Assembly: GCA_965225945.1 (NCBI GenBank) | Contig: CBDDBZ010000036.1 | Location: 128,001-192,000 of the forward strand | Reading direction: 5' to 3' | Source: Alphaproteobacteria bacterium | GTDB taxonomy: Bacteria; Pseudomonadota; Alphaproteobacteria; GCA-2731375 | DNA: 64,000 nt | In this document: piece by piece, positions 20,564-31,341 of the stretch | How positions within the stretch are numbered: position 1 is the stretch's first letter | Layout of the letters: every line of letters begins with the position of its first letter | The notes under the pieces: model-generated | What the model was told of the DNA's origin: nothing | What the model saw: only the letters and a program-made list of their open reading frames with translations | Database searches by the model: none | Translations under genes and position numbers: made by a program

Positions 20564-21593
20564 TCGTGCCGAGGCGTCGCGGGCCGTCGTCCTGGGCTGC
20601 GCGGGCCCGAGCCTGACCCGGGACGAACGCGCCTTCTTTTCCGCCGCCCGGCCCTGGGGCTTCATCCTCTTCCAGCGGAACTGCGAGACGCCGGCGCAAG
20701 TCCACGCGCTGGTGGGGGAACTTCGCGATTGCCTGGGGCGAGACCGGGTGGCGATCCTGATCGACCAGGAAGGGGGGCGGGTGCGGCGCCTGCGGCCACC
20801 GCATTGGCCCGGCTATCCGCCGGCCGCCTGCTTCGGCCGTCTGGCCAAAACCGACATCGACCTCGCCGTTGAGGCGGCGTGGCTCGGCGCCCGGCTGATC
20901 GCCGACGATCTCGGCCGTCTCGCCATCACCGTCGATTGCCTGCCTTGTCTCGATGTCGCCGACGACCTGACCCACCAAGTGATCGGTGATCGAGCCTTCT
21001 CGAGCGACCCGGCGGTGGTCGCCCGCCTCGGGCGGGCCCAGGCCGAGGGCCTGTTGCAAGGCGGTGTTCTGCCGGTGATCAAGCACGTACCGGGGCATGG
21101 CCGCACGCGGGTCGACAGCCACGACACGCTGCCGGTGGTCGAGGCGGACCGCGCGAGTTTGGAGGCCATCGATTTCGCGCCGTTTCGCGCGCTCAGCCAC
21201 CTGCCTCTCGCCATGACGGCGCATATTCGCTACGACGCCGTCGATGGAAGCGCGCCGGCGACGCTCTCCTCCATACTTGTCGAAACGGTGATCCGCGACC
21301 ACATCGGCTTCGATGGCTTGTTGTTGTCGGACGATATTTCCATGGGCGCGCTCGGCGGCGACCTCGAGTCGCGCTCTGCGCGTGCCCTGGCCGCCGGCTG
21401 CGACGTGGTGCTGCACTGCAATGGCGATTTGGCCGAGATGCGGGCCGTGGTCGGGGCGACGGGGATGATGGAGTCGATTGCCGCGACACGTGCGCGCCGG
21501 GCGCTCGATTGCTTGCGCCCGGCGGAACCGTTCGACCGCAAGACGGCGGTGGCGCGGTTCCGGGCGCTGATCGCGGCTGGGGAAGGGGCCTGA
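20550..21593 (+). CDS. nagZ: Beta-N-acetylhexosaminidase (GH3)
   Basis: GFILFQRN, IDQEGGRVRRL, KHVPGHG..DSH, LLSDDISMGAL. Confidence 0.93.
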   Translation: MSATDRAEASRAVVLGCAGPSLTRDERAFFSAARPWGFILFQRNCETPAQVHALVGELRDCLGRDRVAILIDQEGGRVRRLRPPHWPGYPPAACFGRLAKTDIDLAVEAAWLGARLIADDLGRLAITVDCLPCLDVADDLTHQVIGDRAFSSDPAVVARLGRAQAEGLLQGGVLPVIKHVPGHGRTRVDSHDTLPVVEADRASLEAIDFAPFRALSHLPLAMTAHIRYDAVDGSAPATLSSILVETVIRDHIGFDGLLLSDDISMGALGGDLESRSARALAAGCDVVLHCNGDLAEMRAVVGATGMMESIAATRARRALDCLRPAEPFDRKTAVARFRALIAAGEGA

Positions 21594-21595
21594 TC

Positions 21596-22279
21596 GTGTT
21601 CGAGGACACTCTCCAGCTCGTCTCGGTCTGGGTCGTGCCGATCCTGCTCGCGGTCACCCTGCACGAAGCGGCGCACGCCTATGCCGCCCATTGGCGGGGC
21701 GACGATACCGCGGCGCGGGCAGGAAGGCTCAGCCTCAACCCGTTTCGCCATGTCGATCCGTTCGGCACCGTGCTTCTGCCGGGGATGCTGTTGCTGTTCA
21801 AGGCGCCGGTGCTGTTCGGCTACGCCAAGCCGGTGCCGGTGGCGTTCGCTCGATTGCGCCAGCCGAAGCGCGATATGATTATCGTCGCGGCGGCGGGACC
21901 TGCCGCCAATCTGGCCCTGGCGATCGGCGCCGCGGTGGCCATGCATGCCGCGCCACTGTTCTCGGGCGCGGTGGGCGAGTGGGTTTTGATGAATTTGAGC
22001 AACATGATCTTGCTCAATCTGTTGCTGGCGGTCTTCAACATGTTGCCCTTGCCGCCGCTCGACGGTGGCCGCGTGCTGATCGGATTGCTACCTCCCCCCC
22101 TCGACGCGAAGCTCGCGCGGCTCGAGCGTCACGGCATGATGATTCTACTGGGCCTCCTCTTCATCGTGCCGATCGTCGCCAGCCTATTCGGCAAGAACTG
22201 GCACCCGCTGGCCGAGGTCGTTTGGCCGATCACCCGGATGCTCTATAATTTTGTCGCCATGATCACCGGGCTCGCGTGA
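21596..22279 (+). CDS. Site-2 protease family (M50) membrane metalloprotease
   Basis: TLHEAAHA (HExxH), GRLSLNPFRHVDPFGT, AAGPAAN, FNMLPLPPLDGGR; GTG start at 21596. Confidence 0.9.
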   Translation: MFEDTLQLVSVWVVPILLAVTLHEAAHAYAAHWRGDDTAARAGRLSLNPFRHVDPFGTVLLPGMLLLFKAPVLFGYAKPVPVAFARLRQPKRDMIIVAAAGPAANLALAIGAAVAMHAAPLFSGAVGEWVLMNLSNMILLNLLLAVFNMLPLPPLDGGRVLIGLLPPPLDAKLARLERHGMMILLGLLFIVPIVASLFGKNWHPLAEVVWPITRMLYNFVAMITGLA

Positions 22280-22293
22280 TATATCGAGGCGCC

Positions 22294-23085
22294 ATGACAA
22301 CGACGTCCCAAATCGACAGCTTCGAGGAAGATCCGCCGGAAGGCCCCGTGGCCGGCGCCTTCGTCGTCGATCTGGAAGGCTTCGAAGGGCCGCTCGACCT
22401 TCTGTTGACACTGGCGCGCCAACAGAAGGTCGATCTCACCAACATTTCGATCCTGAAACTGGCGGAACAATATCTCGACTATATTAAAGTGGCGCGCCGA
22501 TTGCGCCTGGAGGTCGCGGCGGACTATCTGGTGATGGCGGCTTGGCTCGCCTACCTGAAGTCGCGAATGCTGCTGCCCGCGCCGACGGCCGACGAGGAGC
22601 CGACGGGCGAGGAGATGGCCCTTCGCCTGCAATTCCAACTCGAGCGACTTCAGGCCATGCGCAAGGTGATGGACGAGCTGTTGGCCCGCGATCGGATGGG
22701 GATCGATCTGCACCCCCGGGGCGCGCCCGAGGGTGTGCGCGTGATCCGCCAGACCGATTGGGAATGCTCCCTCTTCGAGTTGATGCAGGCCTATGCCGGC
22801 CAGGCCGTGCGCGGCAAGGTGACATCGCTCTACTTGAGCCCGTCCAAGGCCTACTCGATGGAGGAGGCGCTCCGCCGGCTCGAGACCCTGCTCGGGCGAA
22901 TGCCCGATTGGGCGAGCCTGGAGACCTTTCTGCCGCGCGAGATCGCGCGCGGCTTCGAGCGCCGCAGCGCGCTCGCCTCGACCTTCGCGGCGAGCCTGGA
23001 ATTGGCTCGCGACGGCCGCGTGACGCTCAGACAGGGGCAGCCCTTCGGGCCGATCTTCGTCAAGGCGAGGGAACGCGAAGCATGA
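22294..23085 (+). CDS. scpA: Segregation/condensation protein A
   Basis: FEGPLDLLLTLAR, AADYLVMAAWLAYLKSR, ASTFAASLELARDG..LRQ. Confidence 0.93.
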   Translation: MTTTSQIDSFEEDPPEGPVAGAFVVDLEGFEGPLDLLLTLARQQKVDLTNISILKLAEQYLDYIKVARRLRLEVAADYLVMAAWLAYLKSRMLLPAPTADEEPTGEEMALRLQFQLERLQAMRKVMDELLARDRMGIDLHPRGAPEGVRVIRQTDWECSLFELMQAYAGQAVRGKVTSLYLSPSKAYSMEEALRRLETLLGRMPDWASLETFLPREIARGFERRSALASTFAASLELARDGRVTLRQGQPFGPIFVKAREREA

Positions 23086-23747
23086 GCGAGATCAGCCCGG
23101 CCGAGCTTCGCATGATCGAGGCGTTGCTGTTCGCGGCCGAGGAGCCGCTGGACGAGGCGACGCTGGTCGCCCGCCTGCCGGAGGGGACGGAGGTGCCGGC
23201 GCTCCTGGCGCGGCTTCAAGCGGAATACGAGGGCCGGGGCGTCAACCTGGCCCACGTCGCCGGCAAGTGGTGCTTCCGGACCGCCGCCGATCTCCGTTAC
23301 CTGTTGGAACTACATCGCCGCGAGCCGCGCCGGCTCTCCCGCGCGGCGCTGGAGACCCTGGCGATCATCGCCTATCACCAGCCGATCACGCGCGCGGAGG
23401 TCGAGGAAGTGCGGGGCGTCGGGCTGTCGAAGGGCACCCTCGACATCTTGATGGAGATCGGCTGGGTTCGCCCGCGTGGACGCAAGCGGGTGCCCGGGCG
23501 ACCGATCACTTACGGCACGACGGATAGCTTCCTCGGGCATTTCGATCTGGAGGACCTGCAGTCGCTTCCCGGCCTTGCCGAGTTGAAGGCCGCCGGCCTG
23601 CTGGACGCGACCCCGCCGCCGTTCCCGATTTCGACCGCCGAAGGGGACGAGGAGCCGCTGGAGGAGACGGACGAGGAGGCGAGCGCCGCCGTGCCGCCGA
23701 CGCCGGGGGATGAAGGGCGCGCGCCGCACGGCGTCGAGGCGCCATGA
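23082..23747 (+). CDS. scpB: Segregation/condensation protein B
   Basis: IEALLFAA, LSRAALETLAIIAYHQPITRAEVEEVRGV, PGRPITYGTT. Confidence 0.94.
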   Translation: MSEISPAELRMIEALLFAAEEPLDEATLVARLPEGTEVPALLARLQAEYEGRGVNLAHVAGKWCFRTAADLRYLLELHRREPRRLSRAALETLAIIAYHQPITRAEVEEVRGVGLSKGTLDILMEIGWVRPRGRKRVPGRPITYGTTDSFLGHFDLEDLQSLPGLAELKAAGLLDATPPPFPISTAEGDEEPLEETDEEASAAVPPTPGDEGRAPHGVEAP

Positions 23748-24796
23748 GCGGCGTCGGAATCCAACTCGAAGGCGTTTGCCACGTCTATGGGGACAACCAG
23801 GTGGTCACCGACCTGACCCTCGCCGTGGCACCGGGTGAACTGGTCTGTCTGCTGGGCCCGACGGGTTGCGGCAAGACGACGACGCTACGCCTCGCCGCGG
23901 GGCTGGAGCCGCTGCAAAGCGGCCGGGTGACGGTCGGAGATCGCGAGGTCGCCCGGCCCGGCCACGAGTTGCCGCCCGAGGCGCGTGGCGTCGGCATGGT
24001 GTTTCAGGACTTCGCGCTCTTTCCGCATTTGAACGCGCTGGAAAACATTTGCTTTGGGCTCGACCGGATGGGCCGGGCCGAGCGGCGGGGGATCGGCCTG
24101 GATCTTCTGCGCCGCCTGCGGCTCGAGGATTTCGCCGACGCCTACCCGCACACGCTCTCCGGTGGGGAGCAGCAGCGCGTGGCGCTCGCCCGCGCGCTGG
24201 CGCCTCGGCCCGACGTCATGTTGATGGACGAGCCGTTCTCGGGCCTCGACGTCAGATTGCGCGACGCGGTCCGCGAGGACACGCTGGCGCTCCTGGGGGA
24301 CGAAGGCACGGCCACTCTGTTGGTGACGCACGATCCCGACGAGGCGATGCGAATGGCCGACCGCATCGCCGTGATGCGGGATGGCCGGATCGTTCAGGAA
24401 GGCGCGCCAGACGAGATTTATTGCCGCCCCGCCGATCGCTTCATCGCCGAGTTCTTCGGCGAGCTGAACGTGTTGCATGCGGAGGTCGAGGCCGATGGGC
24501 GGATCACCACCCCCGCCGGCTGCTTGGAGGCGCCGGAGATTTGCCGCGGCACGCCGGTCGAGGTGCTGGTGCGGCCGGAGGCCCTGCGCCTCGAGGGTGC
24601 GGACAACGGACATTCGGCGCGCGTCGTCCAGACGCGGTCGCTCGGGCCCTTCGCCATCGTCGAGTTGGCGGTGGAGGGTCGGCAATGTCATCTCCGCTGC
24701 CGCGTGCCGCGCCGCGACCTGCCGGACGTGGGCGCGGCCGTCGGCATCGCTCTCGATCCGGAGCAGACCTTCGTTTTTCCCAGGTCCGTGGAATAG
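23744..24796 (+). CDS. ABC transporter ATP-binding protein (FbpC/PotA-like), no adjacent permease
   Basis: [40 protein letters not shown]-like C-terminus. Confidence 0.88.
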   Translation: MSGVGIQLEGVCHVYGDNQVVTDLTLAVAPGELVCLLGPTGCGKTTTLRLAAGLEPLQSGRVTVGDREVARPGHELPPEARGVGMVFQDFALFPHLNALENICFGLDRMGRAERRGIGLDLLRRLRLEDFADAYPHTLSGGEQQRVALARALAPRPDVMLMDEPFSGLDVRLRDAVREDTLALLGDEGTATLLVTHDPDEAMRMADRIAVMRDGRIVQEGAPDEIYCRPADRFIAEFFGELNVLHAEVEADGRITTPAGCLEAPEICRGTPVEVLVRPEALRLEGADNGHSARVVQTRSLGPFAIVELAVEGRQCHLRCRVPRRDLPDVGAAVGIALDPEQTFVFPRSVE

Positions 24797-24912
24797 GTCC
24801 ATCGAACGGCGGCGCGGACGGGCCGCCGGGCGGTTTCGTTGCACGGGATCGGGCTTTCTGCCATAGTTCGCCGCAAGGAGGCGAAAACCTTAGGAAATCA
24901 GGAGTTTCGCGC

Positions 24913-25122
24913 ATGACACCGAGTTTTTGGCAGATTGGCATTGTGCTTGTTCTGTTGGTTCTTCTGTTCGGCCGGGGCAAGATCTCCGAGCTGATGGGCG
25001 ATGTCGCCCGCGGTATCAAGAGCTTCAAGAAGGGCATGCGAGACGACGAGACGGTCGCCCAGACCGAGCAAGAATCCATCGATGCCGCCTCGGCCGCGAA
25101 GGACGAAACGGCCAAGGGATAA
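24913..25122 (+). CDS. tatA: Twin-arginine translocase TatA
   Basis: [37 protein letters not shown]. Confidence 0.93.
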   Translation: MTPSFWQIGIVLVLLVLLFGRGKISELMGDVARGIKSFKKGMRDDETVAQTEQESIDAASAAKDETAKG

Positions 25123-25173
25123 GGGCGCCTTCGGGCCACCCGCGAGGGACGGGATGCGCCGGAGTGGACCACG

Positions 25174-25659
25174 ATGATCGATATCGGCTGGATGGAATTG
25201 CTGGTGGTCGCGATGGTGGCGCTCGTGGTCATCGGGCCCAAGGATTTGCCGCGCGCGTTGCGCACGGCCGGCAAATGGGTCGGAAAGGTCCGCGGAGTCG
25301 CCCGGGAGTTTCAGAACAGCGTCGACGACATGATCCAGGAATCCGAGCTGGAGGAATACCAGAAGGAGTTCAAGGATCTCGTCAAGACCAGTGGGTCCGA
25401 CGACTGGGAAAATGGGATCGATCCGACCGGCCGCCCTGCCTTCCCGGCCGGCGCCGCCGCGATCGACGATGGGTCCCGGTCCGAGCCGACCGTGGCGCCC
25501 ACCGCGCCACCGCCGGAAGAGGAGGAGATCGAGGTCGCCGGCGAGCGGCCCGCCTCGATCGCCCCCGCCTCGATCGCCCCCGCCTCGATCGCCCCCGCCT
25601 CGATCGCCCCCGCCTCGATCGCCGAGGATGTTCCCGGGGGGGTGCGGACCGGGACGTGA
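25174..25659 (+). CDS. tatB: Twin-arginine translocase TatB
   Basis: DIGWMELLVVAMVALVVIGPKDLP..EFQ. Confidence 0.92.
   Translation: MIDIGWMELLVVAMVALVVIGPKDLPRALRTAGKWVGKVRGVAREFQNSVDDMIQESELEEYQKEFKDLVKTSGSDDWENGIDPTGRPAFPAGAAAIDDGSRSEPTVAPTAPPPEEEEIEVAGERPASIAPASIAPASIAPASIAPASIAEDVPGGVRTGT
25549..25623 (+). repeat. 15-bp in-frame tandem repeat, 5 perfect copies, in the tatB tail
   Basis: (CCCGCCTCGATCGCC)x5 encoding (PASIA)5. Confidence 0.92.
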
Positions 25660-25668
25660 GCGGCCGCC

Positions 25669-26505
25669 GTGACTGACGAGCCGGATCGCCTCGAGGATGG
25701 TTCCGAGGGAGACGCTTCACCCGACGAGGTCGAGCGCAGCCGCATGCCCTTGCTGGATCATCTGATCGAGCTGCGCCAACGTCTCCTCTATTCCCTCGTC
25801 GCGCTCTCCATCGCTTTCGTCGCCTGCTATTTCGTCGCCGAGGAGATCTACGCATTTCTGGTGCAGCCCCTCGCGGACCTGATGGAAGGTCAGGAGGGGC
25901 GGCGGCTGATCTACACCGGCCTGCACGAGGCCTTCTTCACCTACCTCAAGGTGGCTTTCTTCGCGGCGGTCTGCCTCGCTTTTCCGCTGATCGTCGGGCA
26001 GCTCTGGGTCTTCGTCGCGCCGGGTCTCTACCGCAACGAAAAGCGCGCGTTTTTGCCCTTCCTGCTGGCGACGCCGGTGCTGTTCATACTCGGCGCGTCG
26101 CTGGTCTACTACCTGATCTTTCCGCTGGCCTGGCGGTTCTTCCTCGGCTTCGAGTCGGAAGGTGGTGACGGTACGCTGCCGATCCAGCTCGAAGCCCGGG
26201 TCGGCGAGTATCTCTCCCTGGTGATGAAGCTGATTCTGGCCTTCGGCATCTCCTTCCAATTGCCGGTGCTGCTGATGTTGATGGCGCGCGTCGGCCTGGT
26301 GACTTCGGCCGGACTCGCGAAGAAACGGAAATACGCCATCGTCATCGTCTTTCTGGTTGCCGCCTTCTTGACGCCGCCCGATATCATCAGCCAGATCGGC
26401 CTTGGACTGCCGATCCTGCTGCTCTACGAAGTCTCGATCATCGGCATCAGGCTCGTCGAGCGGAAGCGGGACGCGGAGCGCGCCCGGGCCGACAACGCCA
26501 CGTGA
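25669..26505 (+). CDS. tatC: Twin-arginine translocase TatC
   Basis: PLLDHLIELRQRL, EAFFTYLK, FVAPGLYRNEK, AFGISFQLP, LTPPDIISQ, LYEVSI. Confidence 0.95.
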   Translation: MTDEPDRLEDGSEGDASPDEVERSRMPLLDHLIELRQRLLYSLVALSIAFVACYFVAEEIYAFLVQPLADLMEGQEGRRLIYTGLHEAFFTYLKVAFFAAVCLAFPLIVGQLWVFVAPGLYRNEKRAFLPFLLATPVLFILGASLVYYLIFPLAWRFFLGFESEGGDGTLPIQLEARVGEYLSLVMKLILAFGISFQLPVLLMLMARVGLVTSAGLAKKRKYAIVIVFLVAAFLTPPDIISQIGLGLPILLLYEVSIIGIRLVERKRDAERARADNAT

Positions 26506-26560
26506 GCACAGCCCCGGCGCTTGCGAACGGCGCCGTATGGGTCTATATGGCGGCGATCTG

Positions 26561-26701
26561 AAACCTCACACGGGGTATGCGCGCGCGGGAGAGACAGCCC
26601 CCGCCGCCTTCCGGTGTTCGCCCGCCGGCGGTCCGATTGGGCTCGGACGGTCGGCGGCGTGAATTGACACCCCCGTGGCGGAGAGAACCGGAGAACGAAG
26701 C
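26561..26701 (+). promoter_or_regulatory. rpsB 5' leader (probable S2 autoregulatory, t44-like RNA element)
   Basis: ~140-nt leader with CACACGGGG...GCCTTCCGGTG...CCCCGTGGCGGAG...AACCGGAG; ACGGGG can pair with CCCCGT. Family assignment is from recall. Confidence 0.55.
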
Positions 26702-27760
26702 ATGAGCGTAGCCCAACTGCCCGACTTCACGATGCGCCAGCTCCTGGAGGCCGGCGTGCACTTCGGCCATCAGACGCATCGCTGGAATCCGAAGATGGCG
26801 CCCTACATTTATGGCGCCCGCAACAACATCCATATCATCGATCTGCGCGAGACGGTGCCGCTGCTGCATCAGGCCTTGGTGACCGTGCGCGACGTGATCG
26901 GCGGTGGCGGACGCTTGCTCTTCGTCGGTACCAAGCGGCAGGCCTCGGCGATGGTCGCCGACGCGGCCGGGCGTTGTGGTCAGTACTACGTCAACCACCG
27001 TTGGCTCGGTGGCATGCTGACCAATTGGAAGACCATCTCCAACTCGATCCGACGCCTGCGCGAGCTGGACGAGCAGATGGACGGCGACAACGTCGGCTTC
27101 ACCAAGAAGGAGCTGCTGCGGTTGACGCGCGAGCGGGAGAAGCTGCACCGCGCGTTGGGCGGGATCAAGGACATGGGCGGGCTGCCCGACATGCTCTTCG
27201 TGATCGACATCATCAAAGAGGAGATCGCGGTCAAGGAGGCGATCAAGCTCTCCATTCCGATCATCGGCGTGGTCGACACCAACGTCGACCCGGACCTGAT
27301 CACCTATCCGGTGCCCGGTAACGACGATGCGGCGCGCGCGATCGAGCTCTATCTCGATCTGGTCTCGCGCTCGGTCCTCTCCGGCCTGCAGCACGAGCTG
27401 CAGTCGGCGGGTGTCGACATCGGAGCGGCCGAGGAGTTGCCGGAGCAGGTGATCCTCGCGGACGCGCCGGCCGAGGTTCAGGTGCCCGAGTCTCCGGCGG
27501 CCGAGGCCGAGGTGCCCGAGCCTCCGGCGGCCGAGGCCCAGGTGTCCGAGGAGCCTCCGGCGGCCGAGGCCGCGGCGGAACCACCTGCCGAGGAAGCCGC
27601 CACCGAGGACGCCGCCACCGAGGACGCCGCCACCGAGGAGCCGCCACCGAGGACGCCGCCACCGAGGACGCCGCCACCGAGGAACGCCGCCACCGAGGAA
27701 GCCACCACCGAGGAAGCCACCACCGAGGAAGCCACCACCAAGGCGACTCCCGCGTCCTAG
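26702..27760 (+). CDS. rpsB: 30S ribosomal protein S2 with long acidic repetitive tail
   Basis: [50 protein letters not shown]. Confidence 0.97.
   Translation: MSVAQLPDFTMRQLLEAGVHFGHQTHRWNPKMAPYIYGARNNIHIIDLRETVPLLHQALVTVRDVIGGGGRLLFVGTKRQASAMVADAAGRCGQYYVNHRWLGGMLTNWKTISNSIRRLRELDEQMDGDNVGFTKKELLRLTREREKLHRALGGIKDMGGLPDMLFVIDIIKEEIAVKEAIKLSIPIIGVVDTNVDPDLITYPVPGNDDAARAIELYLDLVSRSVLSGLQHELQSAGVDIGAAEELPEQVILADAPAEVQVPESPAAEAEVPEPPAAEAQVSEEPPAAEAAAEPPAEEAATEDAATEDAATEEPPPRTPPPRTPPPRNAATEEATTEEATTEEATTKATPAS
27470..27739 (+). repeat. 30-bp (x3) and 15-bp (~x9) tandem repeats in the rpsB tail
   Basis: GCCGAGG..AGGTGCCCGAG.CTCCGGCG units, then GCCRCCACCGAGGAM units; one 14-bp and one 16-bp unit. 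Confidence 0.9.
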
Positions 27761-28839
27761 TGTACCGACTCTAACGCCTGTCGCCCACGAGCGACTTTTT
27801 CGAGTATGGCGGTGGCGGAAGCGGTCCATACGAAGGGTTTTGGATCGGCATTGTGGTGCTCGAGGTATTCCTGAATGGCTGTTTCGAGTTCGGCGACGCT
27901 CTTGAACACGCCGCAACGGATTTGATCGCTGGTGATCAGGCCGAAGAAGCGTTCGACCTGGCTGAGCCAGGAGGCGGATGTCGGAGTGAAGTGCATATGG
28001 AAGCGAGGATGTTTTGCCAACCACGCCTTGACCTTGGGATGCTTGTGGGTGGCGTAGTTGTCGGCGATCAGATGCAGGTCGAGCTTCTTGGGCGTCTCGG
28101 CGTCGATACGGCGCAGGAATTTCAGCCATTCCTGATGGCGGTGCCGCTTCATGCAGTGGCCGATGACCTTGCCGGTGGCGACGTCGAGCGCGGCGAACAA
28201 TGTCGTCGTGCCGTGGCGCTTGTAGTCATGCGTCATGGTGCCGGCTCGGCCCTTCTTGATCGGCAAGCCGGGCTGTGTGCGGTCGAGCGCCTGGATCTGG
28301 CTCTTCTCGTCGACCGAGAGAACCAGCGCCTTGTCCGGCGGATCGAGATAGAGACCGACGATATCGCGCACCTTCTCGACGAAGTGCTCGTCATTCGACA
28401 GCTTGAAGGTCTTCACCAGGTGCGGCTTGAGGCCGTGCGCCTTCCAGATCCGCTGCACGCTGGTGTAGCTGAGGCCGACGGCACGGGCCATCTTGCGGAT
28501 GCTCCAATGCGTCGCCGCCTCCGGCGTCTCGTGCAAGGTCTTATGCACAACCCGCTCGATCACCTCGGCGCTCAGCGGCGGCTTGCGTCCCGGTCGCGTC
28601 GCATCGCGGCGCAGTCCGGCGATGCCTTTGGCAAGGTAGCGCTCCTGCCAGCGCCACACCGTCACCTTACTTTTGCCGACCAACCGGACGATCGTCATCG
28701 TGCCGATCCCGTCAGCCGACAGCAACACGATCCGTGCCCGCCAAACCAGCTTCTGCGGCGTGTTCCGCCCAGAAACCAACCCTTCCAGCGTCGCCCGCTC
28801 CGCGGGAGACAGCCAGATGCATGCCAATGTCTTCGTCAT
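27757..28839 (-). CDS. IS630-family transposase (360 aa, single intact ORF)
   Basis: HTH region ([16 protein letters not shown]), [62 protein letters not shown]. Confidence 0.95.
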   Translation of the reverse strand: MTKTLACIWLSPAERATLEGLVSGRNTPQKLVWRARIVLLSADGIGTMTIVRLVGKSKVTVWRWQERYLAKGIAGLRRDATRPGRKPPLSAEVIERVVHKTLHETPEAATHWSIRKMARAVGLSYTSVQRIWKAHGLKPHLVKTFKLSNDEHFVEKVRDIVGLYLDPPDKALVLSVDEKSQIQALDRTQPGLPIKKGRAGTMTHDYKRHGTTTLFAALDVATGKVIGHCMKRHRHQEWLKFLRRIDAETPKKLDLHLIADNYATHKHPKVKAWLAKHPRFHMHFTPTSASWLSQVERFFGLITSDQIRCGVFKSVAELETAIQEYLEHHNADPKPFVWTASATAILEKVARGRQALESVH

Positions 28840-28896
28840 TCCCCCAGAATCGCAGAACGCAAGCCCTTTGGGAAACTTTTGTTAGGATCGGAACAC
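27760..28896 (-). mobile_element. IS630-family insertion sequence, complete
   Basis: Terminal IRs GTGTACCGACTCTAAC and GTTAGGATCGGAACAC; TA duplicated at 27758-9 and 28897-8 in a CTAG context. Confidence 0.93.
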
Positions 28897-28961
28897 TAGA
28901 TGGCGTGGACGATCGCTTGAAAACAAACCGTGAAAGAAAATTTTCGCAAAGAGGTCGAAAC

Positions 28962-29855
28962 ATGACGCAGATCACGGCGGCGCAGGTGAAGGCGCTTCGC
29001 GATCAGACCGGGGCCGGCATGATGGACTGCAAGAAGGCCCTGACGGTAACCGCGGGCGATATCGAGGCCGCCACCGACTGGCTGCGCGCCAAGGGCTTGG
29101 CGGCGGCGCAGAAAAAGGCGGCTCGGGTCGCCGCCGAGGGCCTGATCGCGGTCCGGGTCGATGCCGGTCGGGGTGGCATGGTCGAGATCAACTCGGAGAC
29201 CGATTTCGTCGCCCGCAACGAGGACTTCCAGTCCTTCGTCGAGCATGTCGCGGACATGGTCAACGCCTGCGAGGGCGACACCGAGGCCCTCAAGAAGCTC
29301 GGCTATCCGGACGCCGGCCACAGCGTCGAGGAGGAGTTGACCCGCCTCGTCGGCACCATCGGCGAGAACTTGCGAATTCGCCGCGCGACCAGCATCGCCG
29401 TCGGCGCGGGCGTCGTCGGCAGCTATGTGCATTCGGCGGTCAAGCCGGGCCTCGGGCGGATCGGCGTCTTGGTCGGGCTCGAGTCCGAGGGCGAGGCGGC
29501 GCCGTTGGAGGCGCTCGCCAAGCAGGTGGCGATGCACGTCGCGGCCACGGCGCCACAATCGGTGGACGTCGATTCGCTGGCGCCGGAGGTGGTCGAGCGC
29601 GAACGCGCGGTGCTGACCGAGCAGGCCCGCGACAGCGGCCGGCCCGACGATATCATCCAGAAGATGGTCGACGGCCGGATGCGCAAGTTTTATCAGGAAT
29701 CGGTACTGCTGGAGCAGACCTGGGTGCATGACTCGGATCTCACGGTGGCCAAGGCGATCGCGAGAGCGGAGACGGAAGTCGGCGCCGAGATCAGCGTCGC
29801 CATGTTCCAGCGCTTCGTCCTCGGCGAGGGCATCGAGGCCGCCGCCGAGGGGTAA
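28962..29855 (+). CDS. tsf: Elongation factor Ts
   Basis: VKALRDQTGAGMMDCKKAL, AAEG, EINSETDFVARN, RFVLGEGIE. Confidence 0.97.
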   Translation: MTQITAAQVKALRDQTGAGMMDCKKALTVTAGDIEAATDWLRAKGLAAAQKKAARVAAEGLIAVRVDAGRGGMVEINSETDFVARNEDFQSFVEHVADMVNACEGDTEALKKLGYPDAGHSVEEELTRLVGTIGENLRIRRATSIAVGAGVVGSYVHSAVKPGLGRIGVLVGLESEGEAAPLEALAKQVAMHVAATAPQSVDVDSLAPEVVERERAVLTEQARDSGRPDDIIQKMVDGRMRKFYQESVLLEQTWVHDSDLTVAKAIARAETEVGAEISVAMFQRFVLGEGIEAAAEG

Positions 29856-30018
29856 CTCGGCGCGGCCACCTCCGACGCCTTCGCTGGCTCTTGAATTTCG
29901 TGTAAGGTGACCCGATAAACACGTGATTCCCGTAGTCGCGACGACTAGGCGAATAGCCGCTCGGGGCGACGGGGAGGGCGGGGCATCGATGACGTCACCG
30001 GCCCGAAGGGGAGGCCCC

Positions 30019-30777
30019 ATGTCACGTAGCGAGCCGAAACTAGCCGAGGCGGCGGCCGACGTCCCGCGATACCGCCGCGTCCTGTTGAAGGTTTCGGGCG
30101 AGGCGCTCATGGGCGAGGCGAATTACGGCATCGATTACGCCGTGGCGCGCCGGATCGCCGAGGACATTCGCGACGTGCGCGATCAGGGCGTGGAGGTATG
30201 CCTGGTCATCGGTGGCGGCAACATCTTTCGCGGCGTCTCGGGCGCGACGCTCGGCATGTCGCGCGCGAACGCCGACTACATGGGCATGATGGCGACGGTC
30301 ATCAACGCGCTGGCGCTCCAGAATGCGTTGGAACAGGCCGGTCTGGACACTCGGGTGCAGTCGGCGATCCCGATGGACACCGTGTGCGAGCCCTACATCC
30401 GCCGTCGCGCCATGCGCCATATGGAGCGGGGCCGCATCGTGATCTTCGCCGCCGGCACCGGCAATCCCTTCTTCACCACGGATACCACGGCGGCGTTGCG
30501 CGCGGCGGAAATGGAGTGCGACGCGTTGTTGAAAGGCACCCAGGTAGACGGTGTCTACAGCGCCGACCCACAAGTCGATCCCGACGCGAAGCGTTACGAA
30601 CGCCTGACATATCATGAGGTGCTGGCGCTCGACCTCAAGGTCATGGACGCCTCGGCGATCTCGCTCGCGCGGGAGAACGAGATCCCCATTTTGGTCTTTT
30701 CGGTGCGTCAGGAGGGCGCCTTCAAGGCGGTGTTGAGCGGTCGCGGGCGCTTCACCATCGTCGGAGGAGGGGATTAG
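30019..30777 (+). CDS. pyrH: UMP kinase
   Basis: [43 protein letters not shown]. Confidence 0.97.
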   Translation: MSRSEPKLAEAAADVPRYRRVLLKVSGEALMGEANYGIDYAVARRIAEDIRDVRDQGVEVCLVIGGGNIFRGVSGATLGMSRANADYMGMMATVINALALQNALEQAGLDTRVQSAIPMDTVCEPYIRRRAMRHMERGRIVIFAAGTGNPFFTTDTTAALRAAEMECDALLKGTQVDGVYSADPQVDPDAKRYERLTYHEVLALDLKVMDASAISLARENEIPILVFSVRQEGAFKAVLSGRGRFTIVGGGD

Positions 30778-30780
30778 CGC

Positions 30781-31338
30781 ATGGCGGATCCGGATCTCGA
30801 TGATATCGAACGGCGGATGAACGGCGCGCGTGAGGTCCTGCGCTCGGAGTTCGGCGGCCTGAGGACCGGCCGGGCCTCGGCGAGCCTGTTGGACCCGATC
30901 ATGGTGGATGCTTATGGCGCGCAAATGCCGCTCAACCAGGTCGGCACGGTGAGCGTGCCCGAGCCGCGCATGATCTCGGTCCAGGTCTGGGACGGGAGCT
31001 TGGTGCGCGCCGTCGAGAAGGCGATCCGCAACTCCGGGCTCGGCCTCAACCCGATCGTCGACGGCCAGATGCTCCGCCTGCCGATCCCGGAACTCACCGA
31101 GGAGCGGCGGCAGGAGATCAGCAAGATCGCCGCGCGCTATACCGAGCAGGCACGGATCGCGGTCCGCAACGTGCGCCGCGACGGCATGGACAAACTGAAG
31201 CGCCTGGAGCGGGAGGGCGAGATCAGCCAGGATGAACAGCACGCGTACGGTGATGATATCCAGACGCTTACCGATGACATCATCGCCAACATCGATCTCC
31301 TTCTCGAGGAGAAGGAAAAGGAGATCATGCAGGTCTGA
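30781..31338 (+). CDS. frr: Ribosome recycling factor
   Basis: [41 protein letters not shown]. Confidence 0.97.
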   Translation: MADPDLDDIERRMNGAREVLRSEFGGLRTGRASASLLDPIMVDAYGAQMPLNQVGTVSVPEPRMISVQVWDGSLVRAVEKAIRNSGLGLNPIVDGQMLRLPIPELTEERRQEISKIAARYTEQARIAVRNVRRDGMDKLKRLEREGEISQDEQHAYGDDIQTLTDDIIANIDLLLEEKEKEIMQV

Positions 31339-31341
31339 GCC

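Noticed and set aside
23744-24796. Orphan ABC ATPase between scpB and tatA as a novelty
   Set aside because: This placement recurs in Alphaproteobacteria; the partners are probably encoded elsewhere.
26506-26700. tatC not followed by serS-surE-pcm-nlpD
   Set aside because: An ordinary synteny break; the gap is explained by the rpsB promoter and leader, with no mobile-element trace.
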